DNA of 64,000 nt from the human T2T-CHM13v2.0 reference genome, Homo sapiens: NCBI RefSeq assembly GCF_009914755.1, contig NC_060947.1; one strand, given 5' to 3'. The position numbers and the translations under genes are program-made. The notes beneath the pieces are model-generated. The model was not told the DNA's origin. It worked only from the letters and a program-made list of their open reading frames with translations, and ran no database searches. Of this stretch, positions 1 through 10,956 are shown in pieces. How positions within the stretch are numbered: position 1 is the first letter of the stretch; every line of letters begins with the position of its first letter.

Positions 1-1100
1 CTCTCTTTCTGTCTTCTCCTACTGAGATTACCATAATGCATATACTAGTTCACTTGATGGTGTCCCAAAAGTCCCCTAGTCTATCTTCACTTTTCTTCAT
101 TCTTTTATTCTTTTGCTCCTCTGACATGATGATTTTAAATGACCTGCCTCCAAGCTTGATAATTCTTCTGCCTTATCAAGTGGTCTATTGAACACCTCCA
201 GTGAATTTTGCAGTTAAGTTATTGTATTATTTTTTCATCTCTAGAATCTGCGTGGTTCTTTGTTATAGTGTTAATTTCTTTGTCAATATTCTCATTTCGT
301 TCATGCTTCATTTTCCCGATTTCATTTAGTTGTCTCTCTGTGTTCTATTTTAGCTCATTGAACATCTTTATGACAATTACTTTAAATTCTTTGTCAGGCA
401 GCTCTTAGGTCTACATTTATTTAGGGCTGGCTCCTGGAGTGTTGTTTTGCTCCAGTGACTGGGCCATCTTCCCCAGTTGATTTGTATGTCTTGAAATCTT
501 TTGTTCGGATTTGGGCATTTGAAGAAACAATCACCTCTCCCAGTCTTTGCATACCAGCTTGGTGCATAGGAAGACCTTCGCCAATTGGCTGGAGGTTCTA
601 GGACCTCTCAAACCTTTTGTAATGTCTTGTTGCCCCTGGCATCTACCTACATAACTGCAGCTCTTACCTGCTGTGCACTTTCGTTTTCAGGAGCTTCCAG
701 ACTCTATCTCAGGTTGCTTCAGCCTTCCAAGTCAGGCAAGACAGAAACCAGTCCCTCAAATAGCCCCCAAACAAGCCAGAACGTTGTATGCATGGTCCAC
801 TCTCTTGTTTTTATCCCAAGGGAGGGGCCCAGAATTCGTGATTTTTTTTTTCCTAGTGTTCCACACTACACCATGTAGAGGGAGGGGCACAAGGGGGATG
901 CTGAATGCTGGGAATTTTCCTACCCCTGTCACTGGAATCCCCTCTTGGTTTTACAAGGGCCAATGTGCTGTAGCTTGTCCAGTGATCTCTACAATTCTCA
1001 CAGAGGTATTTAGGTTTATATAATGTTGTTAAGTTAATGTCTCTATCAGGGAAGGAGGGACTGTAGCTTTCTTGACTGCTGTCATGCTGATATCACTCCC
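1..1100 (-). mobile_element. Old L1 (L1M-type) ORF1/5' region fragment, antisense
   Basis: T-rich degenerate sequence typical of antisense L1M ORF1 (e.g. 'cacttgatggtgtcccaaaagtccc...tcacttttcttcattctt'). Pattern recognition only; boundaries approximate. Confidence 0.55.
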
Positions 1101-1892
1101 ATGGGGGAACTTTTTAACAAGTGGTATTGGAAAAACTGGATCTCTTCCTCACACCATACACGAGGATACATTTCAAGTGGACCAGAGTTTACAGTGTGAC
1201 AGGAGACAATCTTCTCTATATTTAGAGTGGGAAATCTTTCCTAGCTATGACTAAAAACCCAAAAGATATAAGGCAAAATATTGATAAAGTTTATTAAGGA
1301 AACATAAAATGCTTTTGCATGGCAAACAATGAAACAAAACACCATCAATGAGGTAAAAAGATACATGACAAAGAGGAAAAATGATTTACGACTTATATCA
1401 GAAGGAAAGGTAAATGTCCTAATATATCCCTAAGACGTAAAGAACTTTTCTTGGAAAGGAGAAAATGCCAAGGCCCCTATACTAACTGGGCCAAAACTAT
1501 AAACTAAAAGTACATAAGAATAAAGAAAACAGGAATTTCTCTTAACCGTATGGAAAAGATGTGCAGCCTTGCACATGTGAAGGGAAACGCAAGCTAATGT
1601 ATGCACTAATATATCATTTATCTCCTATCAGATGGGCAAATTCAAAAATCTGGCAATACTACTGGTGAGATGCTGGGAAAACTTTCTTTCTCCGATATTG
1701 ATGGGGAAAAGGCAAATGGTCCATCCTTCTTGAAGAGGTATTTGACAGTAATGAGCAAGATACCTTGTGTTTTCACCTTTTAAGCAGCAATGGTACATCT
1801 AGGGATCAATCCCAAAGATGTAGTGATATAAAAATTGCTAAAGATTATGTCAGGAGCCTATCCATTGCAGCCATATTTAAAATAATAGCGAG

Positions 1893-2029
1893 AGCCAGGT
1901 GCGGTGGCTCACGCCTGTAATCCCAGCACTTTGGGAGGCCGAGGCAGGTGGATCACCTGAGGTCAGGAGTTCGAGACCAGCCTGGCTAGCATGGTGAAAC
2001 CCCGTTTCTACTAAAAGAAAAAATAAAAT
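1893..2029 (+). mobile_element. AluS left monomer only, with TSD
   Basis: Alu left arm with 'cacctgaggtcaggagttcgagacc' ending in an A-rich tract. Flanked by aaaataatagc(g/a)aga at 1879-1893 and 2030-2044. Confidence 0.85.
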
Positions 2030-2183
2030 AAAATAATAGCAAGAATAGAAACAACCAGAGTGTCCATCAATAGAAGACCAGTTGACCACACTATGGTAGG
2101 TCCACACAATGGAGTACCCTCTAGTTGTCGTGAGGAGTGAGGGATGTCTGCAGGGAGGACTGTGGAGTGATCTCAAGGATATC

Positions 2184-2476
2184 TTTTTTTTTTCTGAGGT
2201 AGAGTCTCGCTCTGTCGCCCAGGCTGGAGAGCAGTGACGCGATCTTAGTTCGCTGCGGCCTCTGCCTCCCGGGTTCAAACAATTCTCCTGCCTCAGCCTC
2301 CTGAGTAGCTGGGATTACAGGCACCCACTACCACGCCTGACTAATTTTTGTATTTTTAGTAGAGACGGGGTTTTACCATGTTGGCCAGACTGGTCCCAAA
2401 CTCCTGACCTCAAGTGATCCACCTGCCTCGGCCTCCCAAAATGTTGGGATTACAGGCGTGAGCCACCACGCCGGCC
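2184..2476 (-). mobile_element. AluS (Sx/Sz-like), full length
   Basis: Poly-T, both arms, ends 'ccaccacgccggcc'. TSD ctcaaggat at 2172 and 2476. Confidence 0.9.
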
Positions 2477-3239
2477 TCAAGGATTTCTCTTTTTTCACTT
2501 TTAGTAACTTTGTTTATTCATGTGTCTTTAACCACTTCAGTACATGCATTACATTGTAGCTAACACATCTACTCACTGAAATAACACAGTTCTCAACGTG
2601 GGGAACAAGTGGCATTTATAGAAATTTTTCTTATATGTGTGACTTTAAATGCTTCACAAGATGCATAATAGTGTGGTCAGTACATCCATTCACTGAAATA
2701 ACACTGTTCTCAGCTTGGCGATCAGGTAGCCTCAAGGATGTGTTTTTAAGTTTTTAAAAAAGGCGAGGTGGAGAAGTTTATGTATTAACAGCTTATGCAG
2801 CATTTATCTAAGCAGGAGGCGAGAGTGTAATGAATGTCAGTCTCTCTAAAGAGAGATACAGGTCCAATGGCCAGGTAATACCGGTTGCCCCCATTTCTCT
2901 AGCCTTTAAGAAATCTGTTGACAAAAAAGAAAAGAGAAATCTGTTGAATATAACCGTGTATGGATGGGTTTTGCCAATTCTGAGATCCCTACCACTCACC
3001 TCTACCCGACTTTGGCCCCCTCCAAGAATGCGCATTCCCACATAAATGGTTTTGACTGTTTATTCCGCTCAATATTTGTCCCAGGTCTTTCCATTTTTTA
3101 ATTTAAAAATAATACTTTCCCATACATTTTAGGCTGTTCTTGATCAGAAACCAGCAGTAGCAGCCCTTTATGGCCCTGCAGTGTTAGCGGAACCTACTTT
3201 GGAAAAGCTGTCTTTCTGGGCAAGGGTTGAAAGTGGCGG

Positions 3240-3630
3240 AGTGCTGGAGCTGGCTCTTACCAGAACATAAGAGCCAACCATAAGATTTTCAAGAATTTTG
3301 TGAGCCAGTTGTTAAATACAGCCATTATTAAAAACTACATTATATAAACTAACAATCACATCAATTATATTGAAAACAAACATAATATATGCTAAAAAAT
3401 ATCAATCCCTAATTATTTTTCTACGTTGTACTGTTATCTGTGTTCTTGTGGTTATTTACATTTATGGTATCCGAATGGTAAAAATACATCTCTTCCCAAC
3501 TCTGCGTTCACTGACATCACTTTGATATCTTGCATTCGGCAAATGCAACAACCCAGGGCATTTCCCCCAACCTTCCTTTCCCCTGAGAGCCAGTTGCTAA
3601 ACCTGTACCTGCACACTAATGGTTGAAATT
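3240..3630. mobile_element. hAT-type DNA transposon remnant (Arthur1-like)
   Basis: Starts 'agtgctggagctggctcttaccag', with recurring 'gagccagttg' motifs at about 3303 and 3587. Family assignment from memory. Confidence 0.4.
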
Positions 3631-4719
3631 GATCCACTCTACAGAAGCTCTGATGTGATGGGTATGCTCAGATCTAACCAATGCTGTTATGTGACATACA
3701 CGAGTCAAGACATAACTCACAGTGCTCTACACAGCCATGTTTTAAATCTATGAACAGGGGTAGTACACGGCTAAGGGAAGTACACGAAAAAGGTTTGATA
3801 TTTAACATTCACAAAGATGTCCTAAGATGCCAAAAATACACCATTATGAGACTTTAGAAAAAGTGTGTGTGTGTATGGGGGGAGGGGGGCATCAGGAAAA
3901 TAAAAGGGGACAGGGAAAAGGGCCTCACTGCTTCCCCCAATGCCCATCACTTTATTTCTGTTTTTCCTCCCTCTTCTCATGCCACATCCTTTAACCAAAA
4001 TATGCCTCCTCTTTCACCCAAGTCAACTGTGGGACTGTGGTGTGCCTAGGACACGATTTCATAGCAGGATCTTAGTCCTCTTCCAGGTACTACCGCTTCA
4101 TTCCTCCAGAAATATGTGGACTTGTTCATCCATCACTAGGAAAGGAGGGGCTTTGGGATCATTTGTTCGAGTAACAAATCAGGGAAGAAGGAAGGTGTGA
4201 GCTGGACTTCAGTCTAGTCTTGCTCCGAGTCTGAGTGACTTTGCACGTTTGTTTCTCTGCCATCAGATCAAGAATATAAGAATCCTGACTTCTCGGGGTC
4301 TCAAAAAAGAAAGGACAAGTTGTAATTGGATGTCATCCGAATCAATTGTCTTGGGTAAAGTACTGGGAGGGAAGAAAGGAGGGAGATAATAGCATGGAAA
4401 AGGGCCCATATCCAGGCATGTCCAATTGAGCTTTCTTTCTGCCTGGTGGGGGGTCTCCAGGTCTTCATTTGTTTAGAATATCAGCAGAGGACTGGGAAAC
4501 CAGTGCAGGTAAGAAAGATCTGATCGATTACTACATATTGTTGTTACCTTGAGTAAGAAATAAAGGGACTATTTTGGAAAAACCCTCTGACTGATGTTTG
4601 TTGCTTTGAGTTTTGAACCTTTTATTCAATGCTTTATTTAAAAATCGAATTATTCGCTGATTTAGGGCCTGATAAAGACAAGGGAGTGTTCGCTGATCTT
4701 TGGCTTAAAATTTCCCCCA

Positions 4720-4850
4720 AACCACTTCTGCAAGTCACTTTCATTCTTTGAGTGTGTTTCCTCATAGGCAAAATGGCAATAATAATGCTTAGCTTGCAAA
4801 GTTGCCGTGAGGCTGTATGTGCTTAGTGCGGTGTGCACAGAATAAATAAA
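4720..4850 (+). mobile_element. MIR fragment
   Basis: 'caagtcactt...gtttcctcataggcaaaatggcaataataat...gttgccgtgagg' is MIR core-like. Confidence 0.6.
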
Positions 4851-5477
4851 AGGTAGTGATGCTTCCTCATATTTCATGGGTCCTTCAAAAACAGGGTCTG
4901 AGTCTAACTCATTTCTCCTGTTTGATTCTTCTTGTCCTGATTGGCCTCAGTTTCCCCCACTGTAAAATTCACATTGGTCTAGAACAAAACTGGCATTTCC
5001 CTTGGCCAAAACTGTCCTTCAAGGAAGTTTGGTTTGGCCCAGATATAGGGCTTAAAGAAGAAACCCGAGCCAACGTTTAAAGTTGAGTGATTTTATGTAG
5101 AAATCTAGAATTCCATCTTCTCTTGAAAAAACAGTCAATTTGGCCACCATGAGTCGCTATCCCTGCATGGCAACAATTGCCTGGAGCCAAGCAGCAGCTG
5201 CCCACTTACGCAGAGCATACACTGTCAGTTTGGCCAGAGGCCATCGGGCCTGCTCTACTCATTTACATGATCTGCTTGATCCTACAGGCATTGCCACTTA
5301 CGGCCCTCTGGGCAACTGGAAACAGTCTATGCCAGGCAGAGGGTAGGTACTTCCTTGCTCAATGAATACATACCCTACTCTTTTTCCTCTACCATTTTCT
5401 TATCTAGCCATGTTAGGAAATCCCAGTTATTGGATAAGGTGATTCTCACTTTGAAACATGAATTGAACAAATCGGTT

Positions 5478-5570
5478 AGAGTCGCGATAGTCTGGGTTAT
5501 ACTGTGGTAACAAACAACCCGTATATCACAGTGCCTTATAACAACAACGGTTTATTATTTGTTCACGTAC
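5478..5570 (-). mobile_element. MLT1-type (MaLR) LTR 3' fragment
   Basis: 'gggttatactgtggtaacaaacaacccgtatatcacagtgccttataacaacaacggtttatt' resembles the reverse-complemented MLT1 LTR end. Confidence 0.5.
5551..5556 (-). terminator. Probable DMRTC1 polyadenylation signal (AATAAA on minus strand)
   Basis: First canonical AATAAA found downstream of the DMRTC1 stop (about 400 nt away). Confidence 0.5.
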
Positions 5571-5958
5571 ATAAACCTAGACACAAAGTGAAAACATCTT
5601 CATGTTTCCACATGCAGGGGTATACACATGAGTGCACAGGTATGTCAGCAATCACAAGACGAATAAAAACTCTGGCATATGAACTCACACAGAACCCCAC
5701 TGAGAGACTGATCAACTTAGATTGCACAATCCTGTCTTTATGAGACAGAAAAAGGCCCCAGCATCCAAAAGAGTAAGGGACAGAGGTACAAGAATATCCA
5801 CCCTCAGCCAAGGAGTTGCCCCATATAATAAAAAGCTTATAAAACACCTGAAGGCTTTAAAAAAAGACGTTAAGCGTTTTGGACGTTAACCATTTTGCAC
5901 ATTCAGAAACTGGATACCAAATAGGCAGTGCTCTATTGAGGCCTCCTCCTCTGGGTTC

Positions 5959-6071
5959 CTAGCTCAAGAGGGAGATGCATCCCAGATGTCCAATAGGCAG
6001 CGAGATGGAGCTGGCTGGCCTGGGGCGGAGAGAGGGGCTGGGAGGCTGGAATCCTTTATCTCCAGCAGGAG
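5959..6071 (-). CDS. DMRTC1: DMRTC1 last coding exon (APAGDKGF...CISLLS*)
   Basis: Acceptor ccacAG at 6073-6072, phase 1, TAG stop ending at 5959. Confidence 0.93.
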
Positions 6072-9000
6072 CTGTGGACAGAAAGGAAGGGGCCAGAGCC
6101 AGGTCACATCCACATCCCCTTCCAGATCTACTCTTTTTATGCGTCCCGCCCAACCAAAGATTTGTCACCTGGACTGTTGCATAGACCTCTTCCTCTCTGA
6201 TTTCCCCATCTCCCATCTTGCCTCCCCCAATCCTTCCATCAAAGCCACCACAACTCTTTTTGTCAAGCTCAGGGTCTCTGAAATTGTTCTCCCTAGCTCA
6301 GAAAACGTTCCCTGGCTCCTCACTACCCACAGTTGCTGGTCCAGCCTCCTAAGCCTGACCTGTCAGACCTCTGTGATTGGTATCCTCTCCAGCCTCATCC
6401 CTTTCTGTTCCAGCAGTCCCTCCAGGGGTGTTTCTTCACTGACACACCATGCTCCATTCACCATTTGGATCTGGGAATGCCTAGCCTTCCCTCCCAGCCT
6501 CCCCAGTTGTTTATCCCCCCTCGGAGCTCCTCCAGCCCCTCCTCTCTGGGCACATCGTTAAAATTTGGCCACAAAACACAGCTTGCAAGGGCATCCAGGC
6601 TCCACATCTAGACTGGAAGCTCCCGGAAGGCAGAGACCAGACCTCCTTCCAGACCAAGCCCTTTATCACCTCTGTATGTCCTCCCCAGACCACAGTAGGC
6701 CACAGGCGGCTGAGCATAGACCCTGGGCTGAAAGTCAAGAGGGCCGGTTCTTCCACTTGATATGCTGCATGCATATCAGAGAGGGCAAGTCCCTGCCACT
6801 CTCAGGGCCTCAGCTTCCTTCTTTCTTGACATCAGGGCACTGAACGCTTGCTGTTGCACACAAAGCTCAATAAACCGAAGATTCAATAAACAGCCCTCAA
6901 CTACCATCTCGGGAGTCATACTGAGGAGCTTGGGTGCCTGGCCCCAAGGAGATTCAACTTACTGACTCTGATTTTTCAGTTAGAACCTGCTTACCACAAC
7001 GACCCCCATTCCCCAGCTATTCCCACCCTGTATTCTCCTTTCAGGGAGCAGGCTACCTGGTGGGTTGCAAGGCTGGTGCAGGGAGATGGAGTCAGGAGGG
7101 GCCTGGGCAGAGTTTCTCAGAGTCAGCAGAGCCTCAGCGGCCTCCAGCTTCCGCTGCCACTCTGAGTGGGCAGAAACCAAAGCCTGGTCAGAGACTTTGG
7201 GGACCTGGAAAGGAAAGTGCATGAGAGAATAGGCACTGGGAAACTACACCTCTTCCCAATACGACAAGTGCCCCTTCAGCCCCCTGTTCCCTCAACCTCC
7301 TCCCCCACCCCCACCAAGGCCTTCTGCTCTTCCCATCCACTAAACTCCGCCCCTCCCAGGGTTCTGGACCCCACTACTTTCCCAGGACCTGTGGCTGCAG
7401 TAGAAGAGGGTCAAGGGTGGCACAGGGCTGGAGGATCAGAGTTGAGCATCTAGAAACAAGGAAAGGAGAGGCCAGGGGATTAAATCCGCTGGCGGACACA
7501 TACTACCAGTAGACAGAAAGAGGGGCAGGATTTTGCAGTATCTGGATGTGAGAATCCCAATGCCTGCTGGACCATTAGTCATTGTGGCTGGGGCAAGTCC
7601 CTTCTCCCGCTTGGCCAGGTTTCTTTTCCATACCTCTTTTTCCTGACAGGGACGCTTATTCCTACCAGCTCTTTCCTCCCAGGGCAATGGTGAAAATCAT
7701 GGGAAATTACAGGTGTCCGTGCTTTAATTTGCAAAACACCTGGAGAGATGTGATTACTGTCCCTCTTCAGGGACTGGTTCTCACTTCCATATTGCCCAGT
7801 CCCCATGGGTCTTGAAGGGTCTCCAGGAAGCTTTCTCTAATGGCCTCTGGGCTTTGCCCTGGGCCTCTGTGGCCCTCGCCAGCACGGACCCCACCTTTCA
7901 GCAGGACCTTCTATCCCATCCACCTGTTTCATGTGGCATAACAACCCCCATTTGTTGAAGCCCTACTATGTGGCAGGCCTTGTGCCCGTTCCCTTTTCAA
8001 TGCTATGGGTATAGAATATTGTCCTCAGTACATCCATAGGGAAATGGAGGTTCAGACACATAAAGTCACTTGTCCAAAGTCTCACAAATAGAAAATAGCA
8101 AAGCTAGGAGAGCCCTGTCCTCGCCCGTTAGTATTAGATGCTGCCTTGCCCTCCTCCTTCTTCTCCTCCTCCTCCTCTCCCTCCTCCTCCTCCTCCTCCT
8201 CCTCCTGCTCCTCCTCCCCCTCCACCACCTCCTCCTCCTCCTCCCCCTCTTCCTCCTCCATCTCCCACGGCATCAAGGACAAGGTTAGGCACACAAGACA
8301 CAACCTGCTCCATGGTCCTCACGCTACTCACATGCTGGGCAGGGCAGGGGCCCTGTGGGGATCCCCAGAAGGAGAAACCAGTTGCTGCTCCAAGGTCACT
8401 GGAGTACAGGGCAGAGACAAAGGTTCTGGGGCCTGGCCAAGCAGCAGAGCCCCTTGGGAGCTCCCCTGCAGGGGCAGAGAGCACAGGTTGCAGTCAGGTA
8501 CCAGGCCAGCCATGGAGAGAGGAGGTGTGGACATGTTTTAGGATGAGGATAGGAGCCTAGAATGTCAGAGCTCCGAAGACCTTGAAGACCAGCCAGTCTT
8601 GCCTTTCATTTTGCAACTGGGGAAATTGAGGCCCAGGGAGGAGAAGTGATATTTCCCAAGGTCACATGGTGAGCTGGTGATAGGATTGAAGATGAAACCC
8701 ATGTCCTTGGGACACGGTGAAAGATGTCTGGACAGTGGCTGGGTGGGAGCCTGCCCGACTGGTCACCGACTCTCCTTACCTCCTCGGGGGCTGTGAAGAT
8801 GTGGGTCTCGGGCTGCAGCATGTTGTTCTCCTTCCCAGCTGTGAAAGACCAGGAACAGCTTTGGTGAGTCTTTCCCCCAACCCCACCCCACTTCACCCCA
8901 CCTCCAGTCGCAGGTCTCATCTCACCATGGAGCTCTTCGATTGCCCTGTCCCCCAGCTCTCTCCTTCCTACAAACACTTGGTAGACAACATTGGTGACAT

Positions 9001-9201
9001 TTTGCACCTGGGCACACTAAGGTCCAGGGAGCAATTTGCCCCAGGTCGCACTGCAATTCTGTGACAGGACTGGTGACAGAACCACTCATGCTTCCTCCAC
9101 CCAAACTCTGGCTCCCTCCCTTGCCAGAAACACTCACTGAGGGCTCCTGCTCTGATGGTCAAATTCCTGACACGGATGGGAGCTTTGGGAGGGGCAGCCA
9201 T
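5959..9201 (-). CDS. DMRTC1: DMRT-like family C1 protein (192 aa, DM-domain-less DMRT; DMRTC1 or near-identical paralogue DMRTC1B)
   Basis: Exons 9201-9138, 8838-8780, 8465-8332, 7449-7389, 7204-7057 and 6071-5959 join at GT-AG sites in consistent phases. Total 579 nt = [27 protein letters not shown]...[16 protein letters not shown]...[11 protein letters not shown], the recalled DMRTC1 protein, with a DMRTC2-like C-terminal region. Confidence 0.95.
7057..7204 (-). CDS. DMRTC1: DMRTC1 coding exon 5 (VPKVSDQ...QPCNPP)
   Basis: Acceptor ttccAG at 7206-7205, donor GTAG at 7056; 148 nt. Confidence 0.93.
7389..7449 (-). CDS. DMRTC1: DMRTC1 coding exon 4 ([21 protein letters not shown])
   Basis: Acceptor ttctAG at 7451-7450, weak donor GTCCTG at 7388; 61 nt. 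Too short to appear in the ORF track. Confidence 0.9.
8149..8260 (+). repeat. (CCT)n trinucleotide/polypyrimidine repeat in DMRTC1 intron
   Basis: About 110 bp of imperfect CCT units. It generates the poly-P/S/L/E/G ORFs in the track. Confidence 0.95.
8332..8465 (-). CDS. DMRTC1: DMRTC1 coding exon 3 (GSSQGALL...APALPS)
   Basis: Acceptor ctgcAG at 8467-8466, donor GTGAGT at 8331; 134 nt. Confidence 0.93.
8780..8838 (-). CDS. DMRTC1: DMRTC1 coding exon 2 ([20 protein letters not shown])
   Basis: Acceptor tcacAG at 8840-8839, donor GTAAGG at 8779; 59 nt. Confidence 0.93.
9138..9201 (-). CDS. DMRTC1: DMRTC1 first coding exon ([21 protein letters not shown]); exon probably starts at 9295
   Basis: ATG at 9201, donor GTGAGT at 9137, upstream acceptor ttcAG at 9297-9296. 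Confidence 0.9.
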
Positions 9202-9376
9202 ACTCCTTATTGGTCCTTGAGCCAGGTGTCTCTTTGATCGTGCCCGCTGCTCCCTCTTCAAGGCACTCACAGCAGGCAAGACCCTGAGGCGTTCTCTGAA
9301 GCAAAGGATAGCAGGGCTAAGATTAGTCCCATTTAGAGGAGGTCTGGCCCCTCCGCATCTCAGACACCATACTCAT

Positions 9377-9645
9377 GAGAAGAGGGCACAATTGTGACAC
9401 TCGCAGGCCTGGAAGAGGCAGAAATGCTTGTGGCCCCTGATTTGGGCAGTGATACCCAAATGGTTGTGGCAGCGGTCACAGCAACCTATAGCTCTTCTGG
9501 GGCCAAGTTCAGTCCCCCATGGGGCTCCAGTCTGACGCCCTGTGGTGCGTTCAGAGTCAGAGGGGCAGCAGGGTGCAGCGGGTATTTATTTGTCCTCAGT
9601 ACATCCATAGGGAAATGGAGGTTCAGACACACGGGATCCATGCTT
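9377..9645 (-). pseudogene. Vestigial DM-domain (zinc module) exon of DMRTC1
   Basis: Minus frame reads [46 protein letters not shown], homologous to DMRTC2 [48 protein letters not shown]. The donor reads ATGAGT; the ancestral ATG (9641) is out of frame. Confidence 0.88.
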
Positions 9646-10339
9646 CTAGGGTCAGGAGCGGAGGTCAGAATGGCCACGTGATCCCCTACCCCCAACGTAC
9701 TTCCTCTGCCCTTGGAAAACCCTATCTGAGGTGGCTCAATGCTCCTTCTCCATCCTTCTCACCGCTGGAATCAGATTGCCTTCCCTCCCCTTCTTCTCCC
9801 ATGGTTTTCGCCAACCTTCACTGCAACCCCCTTGCTGATGTTGCCTCCTTCCCAGAAGCCCCACTCACACATAGCCCCCTCCCAAGAAACTCTTGGAATG
9901 GATCCCATACCCATTCAATGCAGTCATTATTCTCCTTGCTTACCGTCACTTCACCATAGACCCCACTTTCAGGCATGCACATGCACTCCCCTGCCCTCTT
10001 CCACCATTACTACACGCCCTTCTTGTGTATCATCCTGCACTCTGCCAAACCCAAGTATTATTCCTGGCATCCACTTCACCAATTCTCTTCAGAACCTCCT
10101 GCATTCATTCACTCCCCGCACAGGATTTTGTGCCACCAGCACTCAATTCCATTGTCAGTCTCTTCTATGCCCTATATTCAATTTTCCCCTCACATTTCAT
10201 GCTGGTTCATGCTGATTTTTTTCTTGTACTCCACCTTACACTTAATTATTCCCTTGCTCCCCCTTTGAGCTGATTTCCCTCTTGTATCCCATGAAATCAT
10301 ATTGTTCTCCTGGATCCCTGGCCCTCTTTCAGTTACTAA

Positions 10340-10956
<617 letters not shown>

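Larger units (their letters stand above)
1110..2800 (+). mobile_element. Ancient L1ME-type ORF2 3' end/3'UTR, interrupted by two Alus and a retroposed insert
   Basis: 'aaactggatctcttcctcacaccatacac' (LDPYLTPYT-like), 'aaacaaccagagtgtccatcaatag', and the L1 3'UTR resumes after 'ctcaaggat' at 2731. Confidence 0.55.

Noticed and set aside
2520-2730. H/ACA snoRNA or miRNA interpretation of the two-unit insert
   Set aside because: No convincing box or hairpin architecture by eye. AATAAA plus tail points to a polyadenylated source.
5986-6561. 191-aa plus-strand ORF
   Set aside because: Antisense to the DMRTC1 last exon, runs into L2-like sequence, no recognisable domain.
8070-8560. Poly-Pro/Ser/Leu/Glu/Gly ORFs
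   Set aside because: Translations of the (CCT)n repeat, partly antisense to real DMRTC1 exon 3.
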